Shown: positions 1-13,703 of the stretch, in pieces
Position numbering within the stretch: the stretch's first letter is position 1
Layout: every line of letters begins with the position of its first letter
DNA from: Octopus vulgaris
Taxonomy: Eukaryota
Direction: 5' to 3'
Length of the DNA: 64,000 nucleotides
NCBI GenBank assembly: GCA_951406725.2
Contig: OX597817.1
Location: 16,492,001 to 16,556,000, forward strand
The notes under the pieces: generated by a model
What the model was told of the DNA's origin: nothing
What the model saw: only the letters and a program-made list of their open reading frames with translations
Database searches by the model: none
Made by a program: the position numbers and the translations under genes

Positions 1-155
1 TGTGTTTACGTCCCCGTCACTTAGCGGTTCGGCAAAAGAGACCGATAGAATAAGTACTGGGCTTACAAAGAATAAGTCCCGGGGTCGATTTGCTCGACTA
101 AAGGCGGTGCTCCAGCATGGCCGCAGTCAAATGACTGAAACAAGTAAAAGAGTAA
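1..155 (+). mobile_element. tRNA-derived SINE family A, 3' part
   Basis: Same 3' half as the copies at 37795 and 51670 (…GGCGGTGCTCCAGCATGGCCGCAGTCAAATGACTGAAACAAGTAAAAGAGTA). Confidence 0.85.
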
Positions 156-2873
156 GTCAACTTCAGTAGGGAATGGAATTGCTTGCAATTCCACAACTGC
201 CTTGTTAATCACGTACTGATATTCAATTGTCTTTAAGCTAGTAAGAAACGTTGAGTCTGTCCTCCAGAGACACTGTAAATATGACCATGATGATTCTTTT
301 TACACTCTGAGAGAGCAAAAACATGTCTGGTTGGAGTGATGTTATTGTTACCTTGTTTGGGAAGATGAGTTTCAAATTCCTCCTACATTTCTCTGTTAAG
401 CTACATCTGTTCTCGAATCCTTTTGATATCAACCAGCCTGAGACCAAACCTGATTCTATGATACAAACTTCTTGCTTTAAAGTGAGCTAAATTAAAAATT
501 AACGGCAAAATCTCATGCTAATATATGTTCCAAAACATCAGCTTATTAATGACAGTTATTTTACAAATTCTTTCATCATCATCGTTTAACATCCGCTTTC
601 CATGCTAGCATGGGTTGGACGTTTCAACTGGGGTCTGGGAAGCCCGAAGGCTGCACCAGGCCAGTCAGATCTGGCGGTGTTTCTACAGTTGGATGCCCTT
701 CCTAATGCCAACCACTCCGTGAGTGTAGTGGGTGCTTTTTATGTGTCACCGACACAGGTGCCAGACGAGGCTGGCGAACGGCCACGCTCGGATGGTGTTT
801 TTTACGTGCCACTGGCACGGAGGCCAGGCAAGGCTGGCACGGCCATGATCGGAAAATCAATTGAAGCAAAAACAGTATGTTTTAACAGGAATATAGTAAC
901 AAAAGGGTTTAACTGAACTTACTAACCAAGGAAGCAGGATGCAAAAGTCATGAGGACTATTTTTCCTCTGAATATCTAATATATATTACTGGATATTTTC
1001 AGGATTCTTTATAAGATCTACTTAATAGTCTTTCCTTACATTAGATGGTAAAGAGGTTCACAAAGAAAAAATAAATATATAAATCAACTAATTTCTTTAA
1101 CCTGATATTTCACATATTCATTCCTTTTCACGAGTATTTTATTATTTTCTTAAATGTTCATCAAAACCCAATCCATTACAAACAGATATCTGTGACAGTG
1201 GTTCAGAACACTCTATGGCACCTTATAAACCCGGAGGCGACGAATGCCTTGTGAATGAATTTGGTAGACGGGAACTGTATGGAATCCCATCGTGTGTGTG
1301 TCTGCATGCGCGCGCGACTTTGTTCCCTCCACAACCAGTGTTGGTTTGTTTACGTCCACGTAATTTAGAGGTTCGGCGAAAGAGTTCAATGCAATAAGAA
1401 CCAAACTTAAAAAGAAAAAAAAGTATTAGGTCTATTTGTTCGACTAAACCCTTTGAAGGTGGTGCCCCAGCACGGACGCAGTCCGATGACTGACACGAGT
1501 AAAATATAAAAGATAATCTTTGTCCTCTCTTATGGGGAGAAAATTTTTACTTAAGAAATATACGTTTTTTGGAGATAAGGGAGATGCGTCCCTATTAATA
1601 TCAACATTCCATCAGCACTGACTTAGAACTAAACCGTAAATGATTTAACAATAACTGCATGTAAAGTAACTTTATTCGATCCACCTGTTTCTCAGCCTCA
1701 CGATAGCTCAAAAAATGAGGATTCATTCAATATAGAACCGCTGCGTAATTGTTCGACCTGCTAGATATAACTGCTAAATCTACAATAGTTGTAAAAAGAG
1801 CAAAGACATCTATAGAAAGATTGGGTGGTTACGACTGCAACACCTTTGATTATAGGGTCTGTTTAATCAAAGTTGACTTAGGGGCGAAACCACAAAATGA
1901 CGAGTGGCATGTGTCTACTATTTATAAGGAAAAATACTATTTTCCTTATGAATATGTGAGTTAGAGACTCGTGCGTTTGTAGAGGAGTGGTCGAACACCT
2001 CCACAAAACCCTGCGACAACCAATTGTTCCTGCCGTCATTTTGCCCGACTGAAAAATCTACTCTTAATACAAGTTTCGTTTTGCATTGGGAAAGAATTGT
2101 CTATAACATTGTTTCCCCCCAACTTGATAAATTAAAAATTATGCTGCAGGCTTTTCCAGTCCAGAAATAAATCAAATTGTCATTTTGCAAAGTAGGCTGT
2201 AAAATAAAGACGATTCTGTAAGGCCTAATATTAAAACCACTGACTATTCACTGTAAAAGACTTCTGGTAACCAAAAGGAATCGGAAAATCACAATTCACT
2301 TCATTTAAAACAATTTTTGATGTAGTATTCTACGAGAAGGAAATAAACTGAGACTTGATTTTTAGTTTACCATAAACACATTTATTGTATCATTGTATCA
2401 AGTTAAAGTTAGACCTTTTTTAGTTATATTTTTTTAAACTATATACTTTTAGTTCTTATGCTGAGACACAAAGGCATTTAATCAGTTTATCTTATATACA
2501 ATAACTCCCGGGAAGCAAATTTTCATTTCACATATTTTGACAAACAATTATGCTAAAAATTTTCGTCTATTTTCGAAAATTCATGTATAAAAATGTAATA
2601 ACCTTTTGACCGACCAAAATGAAACAAAGGGAAATAACATAACTAAGATCCGAAAGTCCCTTTTTAGCATTTTAATTCTGTATATAATTTGAATGCTGGA
2701 AGGATTTCTGGACTTCCCCAACAGAACAGAACAGAATCAACAATTCATCCGAACAGAAGAGAAACAGGAAGAATTCTTTGGTGTGACCTTCACAACAAGC
2801 ATACATAGAAAGCAAATTAAAAAGAATATTGACCTCGTTTGAGGTATAATTTACAGACATGTAATATACTTAC

Positions 2874-2926
2874 GCGTTTTTAAGCTGTTGGGCATGTTTC
2901 CCCGAAAATAACTGAGCGAGGGGCAT
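2874..2926 (-). CDS. Probable first coding exon of a minus-strand gene (MPLAQLFSGKHAQQLKN-)
   Basis: AAAATG start in a relatively GC/CpG-rich non-repeat stretch, perfect donor GC|gtaagt. A possible phase-compatible next exon at 927..967 (GKIVLMTFASCFL) has a weak acceptor. Confidence 0.5.
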
Positions 2927-3076
2927 TTTACTTTCGGATGAGGTTTGTACCAAAGACTTTGGTATGGAGAAGCCACGGATGCCAGTCACCTTGCTGAAGA
3001 TGGTTCGCCAGGGGAGATAAGTAGCGATTACTTCTGTCACGCACTCTTCCTAAATTATAAGTCAGTTTATTTGTTA

Positions 3077-3461
3077 CTAGCAGTATCGCCCGGCGTTGCT
3101 CGGGCTTGTAAGGGAAATAACTATATAAGCATTTTTAGAGAGTCATAGCCAAAAAAATGCATTAAAAATGGAAAAAAAATGATGTTAAATTTTTTTTTAA
3201 ATCGTTGACTCGTAGACATTTTTAGAGAGTTACTTCCCTTATATAATAACGAAAAAATGCATTAAAATGGAAAAAAATGATAGTAATTTTTTTTTTTAAT
3301 CGTAGACTCATCGTAGACGCGCGCTAATACCCAGAAGGGCTCGATATGAATCACGACTATAAGATACCCGGTTTTGGTTTAACTGCACCGCAAAATGTGG
3401 GAGTAGTTAGGAATCTAAATCGCAGGAGACAGACACACAACCTTACTTTTATATATAAAGA
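3077..3461 (-). mobile_element. Non-autonomous Helitron
   Basis: Minus strand starts TC-TTTATATATA and ends with hairpin CCCGAGCAACGCCGGG then CTAG, inserted between A and T. Confidence 0.7.
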
Positions 3462-3484
3462 TTTATTTAAAGCATTAATTAGAC

Positions 3485-3700
3485 CAGTGCTTTTCTACCT
3501 TTTTGCTGGAGCGGAACCCCAAGGAAACATTCCACTGGCTCGAGGAACCCCAGTGCAATAATTTGATTGTCTTATGCACACATATCTGCACAGGAGAATT
3601 AAAAATTACTGCCGATTTTAGCAGTTTTGTAACTTCTTGCGGAACCCCTGGACTGTACTGGAACCCTAAGGTTCCACGGAACCCTGGTTGAAAACCACTG
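3485..3700. mobile_element. hAT-type MITE
   Basis: TIRs CAGTGCTTTTCTACC / GGTTGAAAACCACTG with perfect 8-bp TSD AATTAGAC. Confidence 0.85.
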
Positions 3701-4984
3701 AATTAGACTAATCAACATGCAGTGTGTCTTTTCTTCTTTTTATAAATATAGTTGGGCAATATGGAACTGAATCGAATGAGAATTGGTTGATATATCTGGC
3801 AGGTCGCGTGATCACACAAAGCTACCCTTGTTGATTTCATACACATGTTAAGCCGAGCCAAAAGGGTGGTGTTCGTCTCAGCTGTCGAAGAAAGTTAAAC
3901 GTAGGAAATCTCATCGATATCACTCAAAAATGTTTCATGAATAAAAGAGGGGAATTTTAAAGATTATTTCTAAGGAGGATGATTTAATCAAGTACAAGCT
4001 AACAGCATTGGATCAACAAGATAAATACCGCTAGTATCAGTAGAATGATAGGGTTTTCTGTACCTGAGTATTAAGTCTCTTTTGGCGCATCCACTTTGAA
4101 AAGACATTGTAAACCGGAGAACAATGACCAGTGGTCACGGCTGACTGCAAAAGCATCTCAAGTGACACCCAAACGACTGGCATGAGTTAAGGGAACTTGA
4201 TATGTAGAGAAAGTTTTTGCACCCATTCTCACGTGTCCATGTCGATTGGCCTCATTGCACCCAGCTTAAGTAGCACTGTACCACTAAGAGTTATATTAAT
4301 ATTGATAGCGAAAGTTAACTGTTGTCAGTGTTAGTTTCTTTTTAAGCTCCCATATTTTTTTTGGTATAATCATTTACAACTTCTGTAAGTATATATGAAA
4401 TAATGTCAATCTGAGAAAATTTGCTTTTACTAAACATTTATCTTAATTCCGTTCGCAACTTGGATACGCCTTAAAGAAATGTTAGTTTTTTTGAGATTGC
4501 TTTCTGTTGCTACACATTTTAACTTCTTACCATTTTAGCTCATAACTATCGTGATCTAATGGATCAAAGGCATTCTAGCCACGATCACCTCATTCTTTTT
4601 GGTGTATGTAGGAATATGTCATCTATTGCATGCACCATGTCCTTTATTTAAGATGACAACGGGTTTAAAGGAGATTTGGCAAGCATTTCTAGCAAGTCGA
4701 GCGACCACGAAGAGGCAAGCTCACTGACTGTAGACAGGGTCCAAAAGTCCGTATGTATTCAAACAATCAAAAGCTACTCATGAATACCCTACCGAGTCGT
4801 CATTTCATTATCTTGCCTCCTTTGCTTGGGCACCCTCGACCGCCACTACTTCTACAAGCTACCTAACAGCAAGTGCGATCGATATGAACAGTAGTCATTT
4901 CTAGACTACGGATGGAATTAGTGTCTTCTATTTAAAATTATTTCCATTACTTCCATCCATACAAGTGACACGGTGTTACACTGT

Positions 4985-5068
4985 GAGACGGGAAGTAACA
5001 CGGAAATCATCTCTGGGACAACATTATGTAACAAAAAGGAAAACAGAAAGAGACATTCAAGAAAGAAG
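4985..5068 (+). other. Candidate non-coding exon 1 / promoter of the Mpv17-like gene
   Basis: ETS-like GGGAAGT/CGGAAA motifs at ~4989-5004 followed by donor AAG|gtagga at 5068/5069; would join acceptor 10725. Inference only. Confidence 0.4.
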
Positions 5069-6580
5069 GTAGGAACATTGAATCGCATCATATACTCGAA
5101 CGTGAGAGATTATATTTCTCATATTACGAAAATTTTCACGAGAGAAGCTCAGAATAACTCGATGAATTACTAGAGTTAGTTACCTTTTTGGAATAGATTC
5201 TCCACGCGATCGCTCGACGTGCTGGAAACAACAACCAAATCACCTTAAAGTTTGAAAGTGTTTATAGTTACAAAAAATTAATTTCTCGATCTGCCGTTCA
5301 AAGGGCAAAGATCCGATGCTTCTGTTGTTAAAAAAAAAAGAAGCCAAGTCCTATAGGATAATATAGTTCTAAGTATATTATGTATGAACGAAAAGAAAAA
5401 AAAGACTTGTTGGTCATGGGTAGAACGTCTTTGGTCGTAGATGTACGAGATCAGAACTGACATGTGGCAAAACAATTCTTCACGTTGAAATATATACACA
5501 CACACGTTAGGACCATAGATATTAGATGGAACAGGTGTTAGTTGTAATTTGAGAACACGGGAAAAGTTATAAAAGCCGAAATAATTTTTTAGATTGGTAT
5601 TTATTTTGGGCAATATTTGCCGTCAAATTTTCTAGGGAGGGAAAGGTTTGAATGTCCACAGCCTATTTTTTATAGATTTGAACCTTACTGACAGATATAT
5701 AACTTTTTTATCGTACTTATTGCATTAAATTTCGCCGATGCGGATCATTAGTTTTATACACACTAGTGATTTTTCTCTCGTAAGAAAATATTAGTTTATA
5801 TATATATATATAACTGTATTTTTTTTAGTAAGTACACCCCTACGTGGTTCACTAGGAAAAACCAAAAACATCGGAAAATTTACCTTGTTTTTTTTTAAAC
5901 CCCAAAATAATGTCCTAGAGAGTTTAGTGCTCCTCATTTAAGCACAAGGTCACAGACTGGGTTAATGGCAATTACTAATTAAAGAGACGGACTACCTAAA
6001 TTGAAGTGGATCTGTGTGCTTTATAAGTAATTAATTGTGCTTAAATGTGTGTCTGTGTGTGTAATATATATATCTTCGATATAATTTTAAAATATATATG
6101 TTTGTTATAGACCACCGCAAACGGATGTACCATGATATACCATTAACCAGCCGGAGCGAAGTGTTCGTACCTTTCAGAGTGTGTAAATTACGATTATATT
6201 GGGGTTTAATGTAAAAAAGAAAACCTCAACTTAGTAGGCATGCCCAGATACATACTGACATACACAACAATTTTTCTAAATTTCAAGTTTCATTTCGCAG
6301 ATACACTTGACGTATGTCAGTATATTGAGGTTGGGGCACATATGTGAAGATAATCCTGCAACATGCCTATACGTGTGTGCCACCCCCTGACTTTATTTCT
6401 TCATAACCTCCAGAAGAAACGGATATTTTTTAATGAAACCTTCTACAAATACGCTTTAGATGGTATAGAATCCCATTATATTGGAATTTGTTGTGAAATT
6501 TTTTTTTCCGTACGTGGGGAGAGGGGTTTCGCAAAATTCACACAAGGCACCTTTCTTTTCTCATAATTTTTAGAAAAATA

Positions 6581-6783
6581 GGGGCTAATGCAGTTTCGCA
6601 ACTCTCCTTGAAAAATGCATTTTTTGAAAAAAATGTTTTCGGATCCCTGCGTTTTATATGTTGGAGATTATGGGGGGGAGAGAATTAAAAAAAATAATTT
6701 TTTTTTGCATATTCTCCGACATCTAAAACATAGGAAACCGAAAAAGCATTTTTCAAGGAGAGGTGCGAAACTGCATTAACCCC
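6581..6783. mobile_element. MITE with ~40-bp TIRs, nested in a larger inverted-repeat element (~6165-7070)
   Basis: GGGGCTAATGCAGTTTCGCAACTCTCCTTGAAAAATGC vs GCATTTTTCAAGGAGAGGTGCGAAACTGCATTAACCCC. Confidence 0.7.
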
Positions 6784-7284
6784 GAAAAATGGATATTTTT
6801 TTCACGAAATTTTCAGAGTGATTATGATAAAATCGGAATTTAATATATATATATATAAAGATAGAAATTGCACACATACATACTGACACATCTACAAAAT
6901 GAAACTTGAAATTTCGAAGAAAATTGTGATGTGTTAGTGTGCATGCTAACCGTTTTTATTTATTCATTTTTACCACATCAGATCCCAATATAACCGTACT
7001 TTACGCACTCTGAAAGGTATTTGTAGAAATTTTCATTTAAAATACCTAATTTTTCTGAAAATTATGAGGAAACAAAGCCATTTCGGTCAATATAAAGATC
7101 TTCACTCGTAAAAAATAAAATAAACCAGCGTGCTGGGTGTTAACAAGTATGTAGAAAGCGAATATATAAAAAAAAATTTGCGTTAACGACCCAGGGGTTT
7201 GGGGAGAAGGACTTTCGGAAAATTCATAAGATACAATTTTTCCATCATAACTTTCGGTAAAATGGATATATATTTTTTATTTTT

Positions 7285-8205
7285 TTATCTAGTTTCAGCC
7301 CACGAGCTGTGGCCATGCTGGGGCACCACCATTTGGTGTTGCTACATGATTTTACTTCACGAATGCTTTTTAGCAATTGCCATTTGGTGCATGAGAGAGT
7401 TCGATGCAGCTGCCCTCATCTGCATCTCCTGTCGTGAAGTTGGTTCATCTGGGACACCTGACAGGAAGAGATCCAGTTTTATTTTAAAGACATCTGCATC
7501 CACCCCATGCAGGTCTCTCAGGTTCTTCGGGAGGATATTGAAGAGCTGTGGGCCTCTGAATCCAGGCTATCACAGTATCTTGTCCTACATCTTGATGGCA
7601 AATTTGGAGTCCTTGGCACTATGCAGTGGCGCCCAGTTCCAGCATTTGTGTAACTCTCAATGCCAAAGTTTGGGACAAGTCCTTCTAGGATCTTCCAGAT
7701 GTATATTATGGCATATCTTTCTCGCCTACGCTCTAAGGAATAGAGTCTTAATCTCTTGAGTCTTTCCCAGTAGCTTATATGCTGCACAGAGGCTATCTTC
7801 TTCGTGTAGCTTCGTTGGATCGCCTCAAGTTCTGTGATTAACTTGACACTGGATGGTGACCGTAGCTGAGAGCAATAGTCAAAGTGGCCTAGGACAAGTG
7901 TCCTCCAGAGGACCATCATGGTTTCCTGGTCTCTTGTTCTAAAGGTTCTAAGAATCCATCTGGTCAGCCACCTACATTTCATTGCCAATTTAGCAACATG
8001 CACATGAAAGGTTGCATCATCACTCATGTAAATACCCAGGTCTCACACTGATTGTGCCTCTGGGATTGCAATCCCTCCAGGTCCAGTGTATTTATTGGGT
8101 ATTGCATTTAGTTTTGCATGCTGATAGCATAAAGCTTGAAACTTTTCAGCATTGAACTGCATGCTATTCTTTTCAGCCCACTTGTATATTTTGTCCAGCC
8201 GGAAT
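7285..8205 (-). mobile_element. LINE (CR1/L2-group) 3' fragment, RT C-terminus
   Basis: ORF 7518..8027: ILRTFRTRD..LDYCSQL..LEAIQRSYTK..YWERLKRLRLYSLERRRERY; frameshifted. Confidence 0.8.
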
Positions 8206-8479
8206 CCCACGTGTTTGGTTATGGAGGATCTGATTCTGAAAAAAATAGTTTTTAAATCGCATTTTCAAAATTTCAATCCCACCCCCACCTCACTTTTTCC
8301 ATATTTTTTTTTTTTTTGTGAAAAATACGAAAATTACGACTCTGATAAAAAATTGTTTGTAAAATTTCAATTCTTCAACAAGGCCGCAGCTCTGAGCTGA
8401 AACTACAGAAGAAAAAAAAAACCTTCAAGCAGGCTAGCCACATGCTAGAAATAATAGCCAAATCTCACACAACTTTGAT

Positions 8480-8910
8480 AACATAATGTAATCAATCTAC
8501 TCCCGTCTATCCCTAGTTGCCGCATTGACCACCAGATAAAGGATCGGGGGAACCTGTCAAAGGCTTTCTCCAAGCCAACAAAAGCCAAGTACAGAGGTTT
8601 ATCTTTGGCTAGATATTTCTCCTGTAGTTGCCTTACCAGAAATATAGCATCAGTGGTGCTTCTGCCTGGCACAAAACCAAACTGCATCTTATCTAGGCTA
8701 ACTCTCTCCCTAATTAGTTGGGCTATGACTCTCTCTGTAACTTTCATCACTTGATCCAATAATTTGATACCCCAGTAGTTATTTCTATCTAAAGCGTCAC
8801 CTTGTAGCAGTTGACTATGGTGCTGCTACATCAATCATTGGGTCAGACTCCTTCATGAACTACCTGATTTACGATGCGGGTGACAAGACCATAACACACA
8901 CCACCCGGTA
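8480..8910 (-). mobile_element. RTE-clade LINE RT fragment
   Basis: MQFGFVPGRSTTDAIFLVRQLQEKY..AFV.LEKAFDR. Confidence 0.85.
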
Positions 8911-10733
8911 TTGTTAAAATTTAGGCAGTAGTTAAGTAGTAATTTTGCATTGCTTTATAAATGCACATTCTTTTAAGATAATTGCATTTCCTCTTATAGC
9001 TCTATTTTTTATTATCTATTATTGACATTCAAGCTTTCTTCATTTTGTATGTCTTCCCAGTGATCCTCCACATCCATATGTATACTTACAGGACTATCGC
9101 TATGGAAATATCTGATACAATGATATCAAATCAGTATAATACATACTATCTTAAAGATATCATGTTTGTACCAGTATATATATATGTTTTTGTTCCTCCT
9201 CGAGCCATGCCTGGCTCATAAGGGCCGGTTTCCCAGTTTCCTTGACATATAGATTCCCCACCTGGACGGGATGCCAGTCTGTCGCAAGAGTAAAGAGTGA
9301 GAGAAAGTTGTGGCGAAAGAATCAGCAGAAGTTCGCCATTACCTTCTGCCGGAGCCGCGTGGAGCTTAGGTGTTTCACTCATAAACACACATTGCCCAGT
9401 CCGAGATTCGAACCTGCGATCCCTCGACTGCGAGTCTGCTGTCGAGGGATCACGGGTTCGAATCTCGGACCTCTTAAAAGGATGTCAGCATCCAAGTTCC
9501 CCAGTTTTATCCAGTGTATCAGTGAAATACTAAAAGATGGGTATATTGTCATTTATGTATAAGAAAAAGAAAATACTATATTTTGGATAATATATATATA
9601 TATATGTCATCATCATTTAACATCTTTCCATGCTTGCATGAGTTGGATGGTTCGATTGAGGACTGGGAAGTCGGGAGGCTGCACCAGGCTCCAATCTGAT
9701 TTGGCGAGGTTTCTACAGCTGGATGCCCTTCTTAACATCAGCCACTCTGAGTGTGTAGTGGGTATTTTTTACGTGCCACCAGCACAAGAGCCAATCAGGC
9801 AGCCCTGGAATTGACCATGCTCAAACGGTGCTTTTTACATGCCTCCAGCACAGGTGCTAGTCAAGTGGCACTGGCATTGGTCACACTTGAATGGTGCTTT
9901 TTACATTCCACTGGCACGGGTGCTAGTCAGGCGACACTGGCATCAGTCACGCTTGAATGGTGCTTTTTAAAGATAATAACTTATTTGAATTTTGAATTTA
10001 TATGTACATAATAAGTACATGTATAGACACACACAAGGACAGTTGTATAAAGTTGTGCTATGTGCTCAAAGAACTGGCATCTGTAGAAGAGGGAGTCTAA
10101 GGGAGATGTGAGTGACATGGTGAAGTCAAATCTAAATCACACCTCACAAAGAAGATATCAAAGGACCATGTTGACTAGTATATTACCAATCAACACAGTT
10201 GACCCACTTGCCTGCTCAGGCATAACAAAATGGATGTTAAAATTATGTATATTTGTGTCCATACACACATGCATGCTTGCATATCTGCCTGCTGTGTAAC
10301 CTACACCACTGTTCTCTGATAACTTCATGCCCCTCTGATGCTCGTATTAGTTTTCTACCCTCACATCATGCATCGCTATCATTGATGTGTCTGTTGCCCA
10401 TCCCACTCTCACCTTTAACTTTTTATTGTTAAACTGTTTAGCTCTGATTGGGCAGATCTATAATAAAAAACATTCAAGTTGCGACTATTTGACTTTTGTA
10501 TTTGTAGAGATTGTATCTGGGGCTACATGATCGATGTCCTTTTTTAAGACCATGTAATGGGAGTTGAGGAAGGTTTGGTTACTATTTCTAGTTCATATAT
10601 TTTTTTCTGGAATGACTACCAATTTCTCAATATGAATTATTTAAAATAGCTTTTAAATAAAGACTCAGATCTAAAATTTTTATCACCGTTGTGAATGTAA
10701 ACAAAACTGTTTTATGTTTTCCAGGTCGAAACT

Positions 10734-11321
10734 ATGACTAATGTTTTTATTGGTGCACGCAAAAGGATATACCACAAAGTAGTATCTGGTGTACAGCTGT
10801 TGTTTTCACGGAAATACCTTCTCTTGACTAATACAGCCATTAGTATAACATCTGCAGCAGGTGGAGATTCTGTTCAACAACTCTATGAACTTTCAATTCA
10901 GCGACAGCAAACATGGAACAGAGATCGGACTCTACACATCAGTATTACTGGTTTAATATTGGGACCCCCAAGCCATTACTGGTATCACCTAATAGACTAT
11001 CTTTTCCCAGGTTCTTCAATTCGTGTAGTCGTCAAAAAACTTCTATTTGACCAAACTATAGGTACACCGATAGGTGTTTTTCTATTTTTATCATCACTAG
11101 GAATTCTAGAAAATTCCTCAGTTGACAAAATGTTAACTGAATACAAAAACTGTGGAAAAACTTTGTTACTTTCTGAATGGCTAATTTGGCCTCCAATACA
11201 AGCGATTAATTTTGCTTTCATACCACTTAAATTCCGTGTTTTATTTGATAATTCAGCGTCGTTTGGATTTGATATTTATTATTCTTATATTAAATATAGA
11301 ACTGATAAAGTTTCTGACTGA
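10734..11321 (+). CDS. MPV17L2: Mpv17/PMP22 family membrane protein (MPV17L2-like), 195 aa, single coding exon
   Basis: Family motifs LLLTNT..GD..QQ, GP..HYWY..ID, KKLLFDQ, W.IWPP.Q.INF.FIP..FRV.F.N, Y.SYIK. Splice acceptor ttttccag at 10724 just before the ATG; AATAAA at ~11329 and ~11426. Confidence 0.88.
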   Translation: MTNVFIGARKRIYHKVVSGVQLLFSRKYLLLTNTAISITSAAGGDSVQQLYELSIQRQQTWNRDRTLHISITGLILGPPSHYWYHLIDYLFPGSSIRVVVKKLLFDQTIGTPIGVFLFLSSLGILENSSVDKMLTEYKNCGKTLLLSEWLIWPPIQAINFAFIPLKFRVLFDNSASFGFDIYYSYIKYRTDKVSD

Positions 11322-12764
11322 TATTAAAAATAAAAGTGAAATTTGACGAAAATATATAAAGTGCCTTTCTTTCAAATGTCGATACTTTGAGATGTAAGAT
11401 ATTTGAACACACACAGACATATGTAAATAAATAACCTTTAATTGGCGAATCTCAATAAATCAAAATAAAATATTTGCCACAACTCTAATCTTTTCCTAAG
11501 CCTGTGATATATGTGTAACAAAAAAAAAAAAATTTATAACATTATTTATTTTGTTAAAGGTGCTATCAGTTTTCATTTTTAAAAATGTTGTTCTTATTGT
11601 TGTCAGATTTGGTGTATTAACGTGGTTTTATATGCTAATTATGGAAATGAAATTCATTTTTGCAATAAATTAATAGATAAAAAGTTAATAGCTTTTGAAG
11701 TTTGCAAATTTTGGGTAATTTTAGCCAATCAAAAGCCACAGGCATATTGGTGCTTGTTTCCATAGTAACAAGCCAAGGTATAGTTTCTTTAAAACACCAA
11801 CCACATGTATAGTCTTTACCTGTGTATTTTTTTCAGAAATGCCTATTTTCTGAGTTTGTACTACCTCATTTTTGTCACTTTCACCTGTACTTTTGAGAAA
11901 TGAACAGATATTTTCTGTTGTTGTCCTCTCACTACCTCATTGTCGTAATTCTGAACTCTGTGTTTTCCTGGACTTCTTTGACCTAAATAAGATGCATGAC
12001 TGCAACCAACTCATTTAACCTTTCAAATATGATGGAGAAATTGAAAACCTAGGCAAATGTGGTTTCTTACTTACAAGAAAAGGGTGTTATCCTTAAAAGA
12101 AAATTAGGCAGAAAAAGACACCATATGGATAAGAAGCTTTATGGGAAAATTTACAGTTGGTGCTCCCAAAAAGGATGCAAAAAATGTGTCTGCCAGAAAA
12201 GATACATCGATGGAAGGAGGCACCCTTCCTCTTAGGACTGTACTGGTTTTTTCCCTTTACTCATGGGTCAAGGAATTGACTTCAGTCTGGCTTTGTGTTG
12301 AAGAACTGGGGATTACAGGGACCTGTTGAGTCAAGTGCATGTACACGAACATCGAAACAAATATCAATGGAAATAGTAGTTGTGATACCTGTGTCGGTGG
12401 CACATAAAAAGCACCATCTGAACGTGGCCGTTGCCAGCACCGCCTCGACTGGCTTCTGTGCCGGTGGCACATAAAAAGCACCATCCGAACGTGGCTGGCT
12501 TCCGTGCCGGTGGCATGTTAAAAGCACCAACCGATCGTGGCCGATGCCAGACCCCCCTGGCACCTGTGCAGATGGCACGTAAAAAGTACCCACTACACTC
12601 GCGGAGTGGTTGGCGTTAGGAAGGGCATCCAGCTGTAGAAACACTGCCAGATCAGACTGGAGCCTGGTGCAGTCCCTGGCTTCCTAGACCCCGGTCGAAC
12701 CGTCCAACCCGTGCTAGCGCAGAAAACGGACGTTAAACGATGATGATGATGATGCTCGTGAAAT

Positions 12765-13031
12765 ATGGAGAACCTACTCCTCAACCCAGTTCAGATAAGC
12801 AGTCCTGGGAAGTTTGTTGAGATAAATGAAGCAGTTTTCTCAAGATGTAAATACAATTGGGAAACGTGCTTGCTACCTGAACAGTGGGTTTTCCAGTGGA
12901 TTTTCAGAGGAGCATGTTACAAGACCAGACATATTTTTCTTTATATGGTGCCATGTCGGAATCGCAATACACTGAAGGAATGCATACGTCAGTTAGTTCC
13001 TCCAGAAAACACAATTTTCAGTGACTTCTGA
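12765..13031 (+). mobile_element. Merlin/IS1595 (ISXO2-like) DDE transposase relic
   Basis: GKFVEINEAVFSRCKYN..EQWVF..FLYMVPCRNRNTL..IRQLVPP..TIFSD resembles VEIDES..RKYN..WVFG..VP.R...TL..I...V.PG..I.SD. Confidence 0.7.
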
Positions 13032-13703
13032 CATTCTTGAAATTTATGGTTATAATATGTGGCACAGGAGATAAAAAAAAACTCCTAGACTATCTCAAAC
13101 TTTTGTTTTTGAATTTTTGCTACAAAAAATGTATCAATTATTTACATGAACTGAACTAATTTAATGTAGTTTGTATTTTTGTAATTTTTCACAAAAAATC
13201 TCAAAAATTCGTTGAGGATTTTTTTTATACTGTTTACATGCCTGTTCCAACATTTCACATTACTTTATTCAATAAAACTTATTAAAACTTTTTACAAGTT
13301 TGTCTTCATAAATGCCATCTTCCAAATCCTGTTTTCTGATTGGGTAAAAATTAAAGTTCAAATTTCTGTAACATTTTCCTAAAATTTTTTTGAACAAATG
13401 AATGACAAAATAAGATTCAGTGTGAAAAATTACATCACTGTACCAAATTTGAAAATTTTCACTTACTTTCAAAACCTTTGACAGCAACAGTAAAGATCCT
13501 GAATATATATTAATAGGTCTCAGGGGTTCTGTAAAGATGATGTGTACAGTCCCTTAAATCCTACCTCCTCCCCACAAAAAGGGCAAACACCTGATCAAAA
13601 GGCATTGCAGTCATGACCATCTCATTTGCTTAGGCATATATAAGACTATCTGATATCCTTTGCAATAAGATAATAGGGAATTCTAACTTATATTTCTAAC
13701 AAG

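Noticed and set aside
602-916. Recurrent '[24 protein letters not shown]' ORFs across the window
   Set aside because: Translations of repeat family C, not a gene family.
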